This document shows, piece by piece, positions 39,983 to 49,124 of a DNA stretch of 64,000 nucleotides. Each line of letters starts with the position of its first letter. Position 1 is the first letter of the stretch. Under the pieces are notes generated by a model, which did not search any database, had not been told where the DNA came from, and saw nothing but the letters and a program-made list of their open reading frames with translations. The translations under genes were made by a program, and so were the position numbers. Source of the DNA: an uncultured Verrucomicrobiae bacterium (lineage in GTDB: Bacteria; Verrucomicrobiota; Verrucomicrobiia; Opitutales; JABDGR01); assembly GCA_963765205.1 (NCBI GenBank), contig CAVXVB010000008.1, positions 224,001-288,000 of the forward strand, in the 5' to 3' direction.

Positions 39983-41410
39983 TTACCGGAACCGGATTTT
40001 GCGGAGGCCGAAGAAGGTCATTTTAAGGAGGAGCCAGCCGTGGCGGAAGCGGGAGATGTTGGTTTCGCCGTAGGTGCGGTTTTTGTAGCGGACGGGCACG
40101 TCGCGGATGCGCAGGCCCATCAGGGCGGAGCCGAAGAGGAGGTTGAAGTCGCCAAAGGGATCAAAGTCGCCGAGTTCGGGGAGGCGCTTGAGCAGGCGTT
40201 CGTAGTCGGCGCGGGCCATCATTTTGGTGCCGCAGAGGCTGTCCTTGATGCGCTGGCTGAGGACGAAACTGAGGGCCCCGGCGAAAAAATGGTTGCCGAG
40301 CATGTTGAGGAAGCGCATGGCCTGGTTTTCCATCGGGTAAACGAGGCGGCTGCCGTTGGCGAATTCGGCGGTGCCGCGGCAGAGGACGTCGAAAAATTTC
40401 GGAAGATCTTCGGGCGGGGCGGTGAGGTCGCCGTCCTGGATGACCAAGATGTCGCCGGTGGCCTGGGCGAAGCCGTGGCGGACGGCGTCCCACTTGCCTT
40501 TGCCAGGCTGGCGGCAGATTTTCAGTGCGAGGGGGCCGCGGTAGTCGGCGTAGGCCTGCTGGAGGGCCTCCCAGGTTTTATCGCGGCTGTGGCCTTCGAC
40601 AAAAATCACCTCGGTGCTGCGGCCGAGGACGGGTATGCGCGCGAGCGCCGCAGCGACGTTGCCTTCCTCGTTGCGCATGGGGACGACGACGGAGAGGCGG
40701 GTTTGGGCCGGTTCGGCGAAGCGCTGGCGCGGGCGGGCGACGACGAAGACCGTCATGCCGAGGGAGGACAGAACCGGCAGGCGGGCGAGGAAGCGATTGC
40801 AGAGCGGATCAAGGAGTGGGATATCGAAAGGGAAAAGTTGCTCACCGCGCGCGAGCACGACTTCCCAGCCGGCCAGGTCGAGCAGGTTTTCGAGGTCGCG
40901 CAGGGAAAGCCAGTTCCAATAATCGCGCCGCACGACTGCGCCGCCGGACGCAGCGAGTTTGATGAGGGGATACCAGACGTGGTTGAGCGAGGTGATGTAG
41001 AGGCGGGTGCGCGGGTGGCTGTTTTCGCGCAGGGATTCGAGCGCGGCCTGCACATCGGTCAGGTAGCCGGGGAGATAATTGAGGATGATATGGTCCCAGG
41101 TGCCGGCGACAGGGGCGCCGGGGAGGCGGCCTTCGCGGAATTCGCAATTGGCATCGGCGTGGCGGCTGCGCGCGGCGGCGACGTGGGCGGGGTCGGCATC
41201 GAGGCCGAGGCCGGTGGCGGGTTTAAGGGCGGCGAGCAAATCGCCGACGCCGCAGCCCCATTCGAGCACGCGTTCGCCGGGTGGGATGAAGCGGGCGTGC
41301 AGCCGCGCCATCTGGCGACGGAAGCCGGTTTGGGAGCGATAGGCGAAAGTGTCCACATAGGCCACGGGCGCGGTTGGAGCGGGCGCGGTCGTGGAGGGCG
41401 GAGGATTCAT
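39983..41410 (-). CDS. Class I SAM-methyltransferase-like domain fused to a GT2 (polyprenol-phosphate glycosyltransferase-like) domain
   Basis: VLEWGCGVG; VVPMRNEEGN, QDGDLT, NGSR, DSLCGTK, DPFGDF.LL.G, R.YGETNISRF. Confidence 0.85.
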   Translation of the reverse strand: MNPPPSTTAPAPTAPVAYVDTFAYRSQTGFRRQMARLHARFIPPGERVLEWGCGVGDLLAALKPATGLGLDADPAHVAAARSRHADANCEFREGRLPGAPVAGTWDHIILNYLPGYLTDVQAALESLRENSHPRTRLYITSLNHVWYPLIKLAASGGAVVRRDYWNWLSLRDLENLLDLAGWEVVLARGEQLFPFDIPLLDPLCNRFLARLPVLSSLGMTVFVVARPRQRFAEPAQTRLSVVVPMRNEEGNVAAALARIPVLGRSTEVIFVEGHSRDKTWEALQQAYADYRGPLALKICRQPGKGKWDAVRHGFAQATGDILVIQDGDLTAPPEDLPKFFDVLCRGTAEFANGSRLVYPMENQAMRFLNMLGNHFFAGALSFVLSQRIKDSLCGTKMMARADYERLLKRLPELGDFDPFGDFNLLFGSALMGLRIRDVPVRYKNRTYGETNISRFRHGWLLLKMTFFGLRKIRFR

Positions 41411-41442
41411 ATTCAAAAGTGGGGAGCGCGGGGCCGAGCGGC

Positions 41443-43413
41443 TCAGGGGTATTGTTTTTCCAAAAATTCTTCCATGTCCTGGGCGTTGGCGGGCAGCTCG
41501 GTGAGCATGGGGATGGCGGCCGGTTCGTTGGCGGGGCGTTCGGTAAGGAGGTAATCGGTGCCGGTGGGCGGGTTGTAATCGCCGCCCAAGCCTTCCTTGA
41601 TGGCCTGGGTGTCCTGTTTCAATTCGCCGCGGAGGACCACTTTGCCGGGGGGTTTGGTGCCGTCGTAGCCGATGACTTTGCTGATGCGGAGGTGATAGGT
41701 GGTGTCGGTGGAAAATTCGATCATGGGCTTGAGGAGGAAGCGCTGGTCGAGCCGGGCGGAGGGGAATTCAACCCAGGCATTCAGGGGGCCGTTGAGCATG
41801 TATTCCTGAATGACCCAGACCTCGCGGTAAAGGCCGAGGGGGACGACGTTGACGACCTTAAGGGGTTCGGTGTTGGCGATGCTGATGGGCAGGCAGGGCT
41901 GGCCATAGAGGGCGAACAGGACGGAGGCGCGGGTGACGATGAGGACCCCGTTGTCCGCGTGTTTTTGCACATAATCACGCGCCCAGCGGTAGGAGGTATA
42001 GGTCTGGTGGTCGTTGGTCATGTAGGCTTCGGAGGAGACGGGGGCGGCGGCGGCGACAGCGTAGAGGGCGGTACCGCCAATCACCCAAGCAGGCAGCGTC
42101 CGCCCGCGCAGGCCGCGCGCGAGGATGAACATGGCGCTGAGCGCAAAGGCGGTTTGCAGCGGGAGCGAGAAGCGGGCCACGAGGGGCGAATCCCACTGGC
42201 CCCAGAAGGACAACTGAGAAATTGCGGTTTCGGCGAGCGCGCCAAGCAGCACGAGGAGCAGGGGCAGCTCCGGTCCAGTCTCGCGCCACAGTTTTGGGAG
42301 CCGGCGCAGAATCCACACCAGGGTCAACAGCAGCGTGACCGTGCCAACCACGGAAAGCAGGATCGAGTTGTTGGAGTGGAAATCGGGCATGTAGAGGAAG
42401 AGGCCGGCGTGGACCAGATTGTCGGGGACGTGCGCGAGGTTCAAAAAATTGCCGGCATCGGTCTGGAAAAAGTGATTGTCGCCGTTCGACCAGAAAATCT
42501 GGTTGATGAGGAGGGGTGGCAGCGCCAGCGGCGGCGAGAGCGCGGCGAAGAGGGTGAGGCTGAAGCGGCCTTCGCGGGCCCATTTGACGAGCGCGAGGAG
42601 CACGACGACACCCAAAAAGAGAAGCGATTCATACCGGCAATTGGCGAGAAGGAGGCCGGCGAGGATGCAAAGGTCGAGGCCGCCGGTGCCGGGCTGGCGC
42701 CAATAATTCCAGGCGGCGATTAGAAACACTGCGAGGGCGGTGATGTTGAGAAGGTCGAAGCCGCCGCCGGTGGCGTTTTGTGCGAGCAGGGGCAGGCCGC
42801 CGAGCAGCAACTGCCCGAAACAGCCCACGCGCCACCCGCCGAGGGCCGCGCCGATGCCGTAGACCAGCATCAGCAGCACAAATCCCAGGAGGCCATTGAC
42901 GACAAAGGAATTCTCGGGGCGGAAACCGGTCAAGTCATGGACGACCGACACGAGAAAGGGGAACAGGAGCGGGCGCTTGTCCACGTCGCGGAAGAGGGTG
43001 GTGAGGTGGCCGTTGGAATAGTGGGCGTAGGCGTCGTAAGCGCCCTGGCGTTCGTAGTGCATGACGCGGGCGATGGCGCCGAGGACGTGTTCGTCAAAGA
43101 GCACCTTGAAATCGTGGGGTTCATGCACTTGCCAGAAAACCGCGATGAGCACGCCCGCGAGGAGGCCGGGCCAGTGCGGGCGCAAGGCGGCCCAGCCGGG
43201 CCAGTGCGCGCGGAGTTCCTCGCGCGCGGCAAGGACAAAGAGCACGGAGGTAAGCAGCAGCAGCCAGTAGCCGCCGTAACGCGTGGCGGCGGTGGAAACA
43301 GGGGTGCTGGCCAGGAAGAGGCGATAGCCCAGCACGGCCGCAGCCAGGCCCACGGCGGTGAGCAGGCGCCAGCGGGTGGCGCGGTCGTGGCTGAAATAAA
43401 AGCGGGCGATCAT
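41443..43413 (-). CDS. Multi-pass GT-C-fold glycosyltransferase-like protein
   Basis: FDE motif in the first external loop, DKRPLLFP, NCRYES, about 12 TM segments and a soluble C-terminal domain. Confidence 0.7.
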   Translation of the reverse strand: MIARFYFSHDRATRWRLLTAVGLAAAVLGYRLFLASTPVSTAATRYGGYWLLLLTSVLFVLAAREELRAHWPGWAALRPHWPGLLAGVLIAVFWQVHEPHDFKVLFDEHVLGAIARVMHYERQGAYDAYAHYSNGHLTTLFRDVDKRPLLFPFLVSVVHDLTGFRPENSFVVNGLLGFVLLMLVYGIGAALGGWRVGCFGQLLLGGLPLLAQNATGGGFDLLNITALAVFLIAAWNYWRQPGTGGLDLCILAGLLLANCRYESLLFLGVVVLLALVKWAREGRFSLTLFAALSPPLALPPLLINQIFWSNGDNHFFQTDAGNFLNLAHVPDNLVHAGLFLYMPDFHSNNSILLSVVGTVTLLLTLVWILRRLPKLWRETGPELPLLLVLLGALAETAISQLSFWGQWDSPLVARFSLPLQTAFALSAMFILARGLRGRTLPAWVIGGTALYAVAAAAPVSSEAYMTNDHQTYTSYRWARDYVQKHADNGVLIVTRASVLFALYGQPCLPISIANTEPLKVVNVVPLGLYREVWVIQEYMLNGPLNAWVEFPSARLDQRFLLKPMIEFSTDTTYHLRISKVIGYDGTKPPGKVVLRGELKQDTQAIKEGLGGDYNPPTGTDYLLTERPANEPAAIPMLTELPANAQDMEEFLEKQYP

Positions 43414-43504
43414 GTCGGCGGCAGGCGAAAGCAAACCCGCGCGGCCGCCGCGCCCGGGAGGGGCGGAGCGGCGCGCGCCGGTTCAGGTTTAGCAAAGCTC
43501 GCAC

Positions 43505-43544
43505 AAAAAGAAAAGCCGTTTCCCCGCGAGGGAAAACGGCTTTT
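43505..43544 (-). terminator. Rho-independent terminator of pilin copy A
   Basis: Stem AAAAGCCGTTT...AAACGGCTTTT followed by a T-run on the minus strand. Confidence 0.8.
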
Positions 43545-43561
43545 CAGAAGGCACCGCGTGC

Positions 43562-43921
43562 TTACATGGAGTAAGTAATCGTGCCCAAGGAGGCGGAGGA
43601 GAGCGTAACCTGGCTCTGACCATTGACGATCAGAATGCCGGTATAAACTTCGTCCACGACCGGGTTGACGACGTGCAGGTAGTTGTCCGTGCCGGTGCCG
43701 ACGATGTCGGTGAAGCCAGCCTGAGTGGAACTCTTCTCCATCATATACGATTGCGCGGCGTTCGCGATCTGGCGCAGATTGTTCGTCACGGCTTTGAGGC
43801 GGGACTGCTGGCGCACTTTGGCAAACGCGGGAATGGCCATCGCAGCCAGGAGGCCGATGATAACCACGACGATCATAATTTCCACGAGGGTGAAGCCCTT
43901 GCGAGCATTTTTATTATTCAT
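43562..43921 (-). CDS. Type IV pilin-like protein (copy A)
   Basis: Class III signal RKG|FTLVEIMIVVVIIGLLAAMAIPAF. Confidence 0.92.
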   Translation of the reverse strand: MNNKNARKGFTLVEIMIVVVIIGLLAAMAIPAFAKVRQQSRLKAVTNNLRQIANAAQSYMMEKSSTQAGFTDIVGTGTDNYLHVVNPVVDEVYTGILIVNGQSQVTLSSASLGTITYSM

Positions 43922-43978
43922 GATATTCCTAATAGGATTGATGTTTAAACATCCAGCCAGAGCGGCCGGACTGAGCGA

Positions 43979-44007
43979 AATATAGACCGAATTATTCCCG
44001 TTGACAA
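43979..44007 (-). promoter_or_regulatory. Sigma70-type promoter of pilin copy A
   Basis: Minus strand TTGTCA (44007-44002), N17, TATATT (43984-43979). Confidence 0.6.
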
Positions 44008-44234
44008 GTATAATTATTTTTTGAAGATTTTTTAACAGTTCTCCTATTTATTGGCCCGCAAGGAGTTGGGAAATACCCGGATTTTGGCAGGGAAAGGGAA
44101 ATCCTGTAGAGCGGGGTATGGGAGGGAGGAAGACGGGGTTAATACCTTATAATTAACCTGACGATATTTCCAAGATAAGAGTGGTTGCATAAGCGCCATC
44201 ACGCGCACCGCAGGGGCCCCCGGCGGGCGGGCGC

Positions 44235-44269
44235 AAAAAAGCCGTTTCCCCGCGAAAGGAAACGGCTTT
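44235..44269 (-). terminator. Rho-independent terminator of pilin copy B
   Basis: Near-identical stem to 43505-43544 with a T6 tail on the minus strand. Confidence 0.8.
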
Positions 44270-44289
44270 GTTGGAGAGGCACACGGTGC

Positions 44290-44649
44290 TTACATGGAGT
44301 AAGTAATCGTGCCGAGGGAGGCCGAGGTGATGGTCGCCTGGCTCTGCCCGTTGATAAACAACTGGTCGGTGTATTCCTCGTCCACCACCGGGGTGATGAC
44401 GTGGAGGTAGTTGTCCGTGCCGGTGCCGACGATGTCGGTGTAGCCGGCCTGGGTCGCGCTTTTTTCCATCATATAGGACTGCGCGGCGTTGGCGAGCTGG
44501 CGCAGGTTATTGGTGACGGCTTTGATGCGGGATTGCTGGCGGACTTTGGCGAACGCGGGAATGGCCATCGCGGCCAGGAGGCCGATGATGACCACGACGA
44601 TCATAATTTCCACGAGGGTGAAGCCCTTGCGATTAGATTGATTATTCAT
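44290..44649 (-). CDS. Type IV pilin-like protein (copy B)
   Basis: RKG|FTLVE; 96 of 110 mature residues identical to copy A by manual count; alternative start 44658. Confidence 0.92.
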   Translation of the reverse strand: MNNQSNRKGFTLVEIMIVVVIIGLLAAMAIPAFAKVRQQSRIKAVTNNLRQLANAAQSYMMEKSATQAGYTDIVGTGTDNYLHVITPVVDEEYTDQLFINGQSQATITSASLGTITYSM

Positions 44650-44743
44650 GATATTCATATGATGTTTGATTATGAGAACATTATGGCAAGATTTGCGAAA
44701 AGACTGCGCCTAACGGGAGACGCGGGTTCGCTAATTAAGGGGA

Positions 44744-44759
44744 AGCAAATCATGCGCCA
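44744..44759 (-). promoter_or_regulatory. Sigma54 (-24/-12) promoter of pilin copy B
   Basis: Minus strand TGGCGCATGATTTGCT fits TGGCAC-N5-TTGCW. Confidence 0.7.
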
Positions 44760-45336
44760 TTCCCTTCGGCAAGGTTTTTTTCGCTGGAAACCTAATTTTA
44801 ACTAAACGTTTAATTCGTCCATGTGCGTTAGGATTGCATTAAGGAAATATTAAGAAATTCGGATTTTGATTGTAATCCGGCCTCCACCCGTCAGACGTGA
44901 AACCTAAGGAGGGCCGAGCCTTTAGGCACGCAAAACGGGCGTCGGGTATTGGCCCCAAACCAACATCCAGGAAAAGTCTTCAGCAGCCGCTTTCAAAAAA
45001 TTTCTGCTTTTCAATGCCGCTGCGTTTATGCGCGCACGACCTAGTGGCTTCCATTAGCGGAAAACGCCCGCGGATATTCATTAAGACGACCCCAAGTTAT
45101 CGTCAAGCGTCTGGCCATGGCGCTTGGAAACACCCAAGAATGCCTGCATCGCGTAATTACTCGCGCCGCAGGATGCAGATGAATGCGTGGTCTGGCCGGG
45201 TTCCAAAAAGCCGTCCCCCCGGCGCATGTTTAAGTCTGATTGGTGAAGGCCAAGCGAATCCATGCAGTCGGGTACTTACCCTAGTTTTTCATCAAAGTCG
45301 AGCTTTGAATGCCGGCGTCCGCCCTTTTTAGGGGAG

Positions 45337-46387
45337 TCAGGCGCGCGCGGGCCGGCCATTGCCGCCAACGACGCGGGCGAACACCATCTTGCCGCCGGCC
45401 GAGGGACCACGTTCACCACCTCGACGTTCACTTCGCGGCCGATTTGCTTTTCCGCTTCATTAACGACCACCATGGAGCCGTCGCCCAGGTAGCCGACGGC
45501 CTGGCCGGCTTCCTTGCCGGGTTTGACGAGGTCAATGGAAAAGCAATCGCCAACCGTGACCTCGGGGTGCAGCGCGCGCGCGAGTTTGTTGAGGTTGAGC
45601 CATTCGACGTCATGGAACTCCGCGAGTTTGGCGAGGTTGTAATCGGTGGTGAGCAGGCGGGCCTTGAGGCTGCGGGCAACGAAGATGAGTTTGTCATCCA
45701 TCTGTTGCCGATTTTCGAGGGTGACATCGTGGACGCGCAGTTCGAGGCCGGGGACGCGGCGCAGTTCGTTGAGCACTTCGAGGCCGCGGCGGCCGCGGCT
45801 CTGGCGTTGCGGGTCGGACGAGTCGGCGACGCGGTTGAGTTCCTCGATCACAAACCGCGGCACAACCAGCGCGCCGCCCAGGAAGTGGCTCTGGCACACG
45901 CCAAGAACGCGCCCATCAATCAGCGCGCTAGCGTCGGCCACGACGAGCGGACTGGCGACTTCCTGCGGGACGAAGCGGACGTAGGGGATGACAAGGTTGA
46001 AATCATCGCGTCCGCGCAGGGCCATAACCGTGGTGAGATAAAGCGTCACCACAAAGAGGACGACGCGGACCGGAAGAGCATGAGGAGACGGTCTTGGTAG
46101 TTGGGGTCGGCGGAATTAACGTCAAAAAAGGGCGAGTGACTGATGATGGAGGCGACGAGCACGCCCATGACCAAGCCGAAAGTGACCGCCGTAAGGGAGC
46201 GGAGGGAAAAGCCTTTTAGGAAAATATCCACCAAAATGGTCAGGGCGCCGATGCCGCCGCCGATGGTCAAAAACAGCCATAAATCCCGGCGGTCCGCATT
46301 AATGCCTTGGGCCCACCAGACAAGCCAGCCGCCAAGGAGGCAGAGGACGAAGAACGACGCGCGGATAATTTGGAGGGTGCGGTTCAT
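45337..46387 (-). pseudogene. PIN/TRAM-domain membrane protein (YacL family) with two apparent single-base deletions
   Basis: DASALIDGR, RGRRGL, TTDYNL, GKE..QAVGYL.DGSMVVV. Adding one base at ~46070 and one at ~45404 restores the frame and the SAGGKMVFAR C-terminus. Confidence 0.75.
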
Positions 46388-46450
46388 GGCGCAGGCGGAA
46401 GGCGCCTGAAAGGAGAAGGGCGGCGCGGAAGGAACGTGATGCTTATCACC

Positions 46451-46648
46451 TTAGCGACTGCGATTCAAGAGCCACCAGGCGACGAAGGGTGCGATAATAA
46501 AAACCCCCATGATGATGAACAAGATTAATTGCGCGCGGAAGGCGAGGTCCTGCTCCGCGGGAGTAAGCTCGCGTGGCGGCGGGCGGTCATAATCGTCCGC
46601 GAACTCGTCGGGCGGGTCCTCCTCTGGCATAGGCGGTTGATCGGGCAT
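46451..46648 (-). CDS. Small hypothetical membrane protein
   Basis: Acidic/Pro-rich N-terminus and one C-terminal TM helix. Confidence 0.6.
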   Translation of the reverse strand: MPDQPPMPEEDPPDEFADDYDRPPPRELTPAEQDLAFRAQLILFIIMGVFIIAPFVAWWLLNRSR

Positions 46649-46789
46649 GGCGGTTATCCTGCGGAGACAAGAGCGTAGTTGGCAAGCTTAGAGCATTTTT
46701 CCGTTTGGCTGGGTGGCGGGCCTGCCGGGGCGGCGTTACTGTCCCAAATAATAAAACAGAACAGTGGACGGCCCAAGAATCGTTTTTAC

Positions 46790-48151
46790 TCAAGTAAGGA
46801 GCAGGCCCAATCCCACTAGCGAAGCGCCACCCAGAACCCCTGCGGCAAACAAATCTCGCGCGGGGATGCTAGTGGGGAGGATTTCGCGCAGGCCATAGGC
46901 CGCGAACCAAAACAGAAAAGGCAGGCGCGCGTAAAGATACCGCGCGTCGAGGTAAACCAGCGCGTGCAGCGCCCAGAGGGCGAGAAAGAGCGAGCCGGCG
47001 AGCACGATGACGCGATTCCGCCGCCAGCAGCCGATGAGCAGCCCCACCGCGGCGAGCAAATGGAGCGCGGCGCTCATGTAAATGAAATACCGCACGGGCG
47101 GCGCGTCCGGCGGGGGCGATTTATCCGCGAACTGGTAAAACTGGAACTCGCGGAGGACACGGCGTGAATCGCCCGTCCAAAAGAAAACGAGGTTATGGGC
47201 CACATTTTGAAAATATACGGCGGGTTGCGCGCGGAATTGTGACGCCGCGAGCGAAGACAAGGCGGCGTCCACGGGTATCGGCTGTTGCTGAAAAATATCG
47301 GGGTTGTGAGCCGCGGGACCCAGCCGGGCCGCCAGCGCCGACGCGCCGCGTTGCTGCCACAGCGGCACCCAGGGAAAATTATCGGAATCCGGATGCAGGT
47401 CCGTTACGGTCATGGGCCAGAAGGCCGCCCCGGTTTGGGCGTTGACGGGGATGAAGCGGCTGGTGCGCTGGAAATTGCCAATGGTCCGCGGAGCGAGGGT
47501 GAGGGCCATTGCGGCGGTGAAGGCGGCCCAGGCGAGCCAGCGCTCCCGTGGCGTCCCCGGGCGCAACCAGCCCAAAGCCAGCGCGATCGTGGCGGGAAAC
47601 AGGAGGGTGACTGGCCGGGTGAGCGTCGCCAGGCCGACCACCACACCGGCCACCCAAGCCCAGCGCAGCGACGGGCGCTCCCGGTCGAACGCGAGCACCA
47701 CGCCAAGAGTCGAGAGCGCGAGCAAGCTAATATGGAGCATATCGTAATGCACATAGCCGACCAGCACCACGGCCAGGGGATGACACACGAAGGCCAGCGC
47801 GAGCAGAAAGGCGGCCGATTCCTCGAGGAAACGCCGGGCGATCAGAAAGACCGCAACCGTGCCGAGGCCGAGCACTAGCGCCTGCGCGAAATAAATGGCG
47901 CGAAAATCCACCAGGTCCAACCCGCCGGAGAACGTGCCGACGAGCCGTAAAAATGCCACATAACCCGGCGGACGGAGTAGGGACGAATCGCCGACGGGAG
48001 CCCGCGCCAGCTCGAGATACTCCTCGGCTTGGTGCCGGGCAAGCGGCACCCAAACCAGCGCCACGAGCATGGAGACGAGCAGCGGCGTCAAAAAACAAAC
48101 CACCAACCGGGCGGTCAGCGCGCGGGGTTGCGTCGAAAAAGATGGCGGCAC
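46790..48151 (-). CDS. ArnT/PMT-like (GT-C) membrane glycosyltransferase
   Basis: LRPPGY, GLATLTRP, DARYL and many TM segments. Confidence 0.72.
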   Translation of the reverse strand: MPPSFSTQPRALTARLVVCFLTPLLVSMLVALVWVPLARHQAEEYLELARAPVGDSSLLRPPGYVAFLRLVGTFSGGLDLVDFRAIYFAQALVLGLGTVAVFLIARRFLEESAAFLLALAFVCHPLAVVLVGYVHYDMLHISLLALSTLGVVLAFDRERPSLRWAWVAGVVVGLATLTRPVTLLFPATIALALGWLRPGTPRERWLAWAAFTAAMALTLAPRTIGNFQRTSRFIPVNAQTGAAFWPMTVTDLHPDSDNFPWVPLWQQRGASALAARLGPAAHNPDIFQQQPIPVDAALSSLAASQFRAQPAVYFQNVAHNLVFFWTGDSRRVLREFQFYQFADKSPPPDAPPVRYFIYMSAALHLLAAVGLLIGCWRRNRVIVLAGSLFLALWALHALVYLDARYLYARLPFLFWFAAYGLREILPTSIPARDLFAAGVLGGASLVGLGLLLT

Positions 48152-48328
48152 AATTTGCAGGGAAAAGGCAGTTTACCGCTGGTGCGCGGCCCGGCGAGCC
48201 GTTTCCGACGCCGGTTCCAGGCCCGAAAAGGGCCGCCTGACGGGGCCAGGGAGCAGATCCGGCGTTAAGTCTTGTCGTTGTCGGTGGTAGTATGATTTGA
48301 AGGATGGGCGTTGCCCCCATCTCCATTC

Positions 48329-49102
48329 ATGCCCGACATCGGCCAGCACAATCTTGAAATCCACGAGAACCGCGTGGCGTGGGAACGCAAACCGGCGTTG
48401 CGCCGAATTTACCGTGGTTTCTACGAGGAAATCGCCGCGGCGCTGCCGCACGAGGCGCGCGGGTTGACGGTCGAGCTCGGCTCGGGCATGGGCAACATCA
48501 AGGAAGTGCTGCCGGAGTGCATCACGACCGACTTGTTTCCGAACCCGTGGCTGGACCGCGTCGAGAACGCCTACGCGCTGAGTTTCGCGGCGCAATCGGT
48601 GGCGAACCTCATCCTGTTTGACGTGTGGCACCACTTGCAATACCCGGGCGCGGCGCTGCGCGAGTTCCGCCGCGTGCTGGCGCCCGGCGGCGCGGTGGTG
48701 CTGTTCGAGCCGGCGATGGGCGGGCTAGGCCGCGTGGCTTACGGGGCGTTCCATCACGAACCGTTGGGGCTGGGGAAATCCATCGCGTGGGAGATTCCGG
48801 AAAATTTCGACCCGGCGGCGCAGACTTATTACGCCGCGCAGGGCAATTGCTGGCGGCTGGCGCGGCAGATCATGACGCGGCCCGCGGGGGCGCGCCCGGC
48901 CGCGCTGGCGGACTGGGAAATGACGCAGGTGCGATATTTTCCCGCGCTCGCCTACCTGCTCAGCGGCGGATTTCGCCGGCCGCAGCTTTTTCCAGATTTT
49001 GCTCAACCAGCGGTCCAAGCCGTGGAAAAACTGCTGGCACCATGGCCCGCGCTGACGGCGGTGCGGATGCTGGTGGTCTTGCGCCCGCGTGAAGCGGCCT
49101 AG
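48329..49102 (+). CDS. Class I SAM-dependent methyltransferase
   Basis: VELGSGMG, FDVWHHL, RVLAPGG.VVLFEP. Confidence 0.85.
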   Translation: MPDIGQHNLEIHENRVAWERKPALRRIYRGFYEEIAAALPHEARGLTVELGSGMGNIKEVLPECITTDLFPNPWLDRVENAYALSFAAQSVANLILFDVWHHLQYPGAALREFRRVLAPGGAVVLFEPAMGGLGRVAYGAFHHEPLGLGKSIAWEIPENFDPAAQTYYAAQGNCWRLARQIMTRPAGARPAALADWEMTQVRYFPALAYLLSGGFRRPQLFPDFAQPAVQAVEKLLAPWPALTAVRMLVVLRPREAA

Positions 49103-49124
49103 GTTTATACTCCCCCACCCCATC

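Noticed and set aside
39794..41554. 586-aa plus-strand ORF starting with KNIPSTLGKYLED
   Set aside because: Antisense shadow of the GT2 fusion; its N-terminal similarity comes from the 40-bp duplicated M23 fragment.
44800..45336. Short ORFs between pilin B and the PIN/TRAM gene
   Set aside because: No motifs and atypical codon usage; more likely a regulatory region for the sigma54 promoter.
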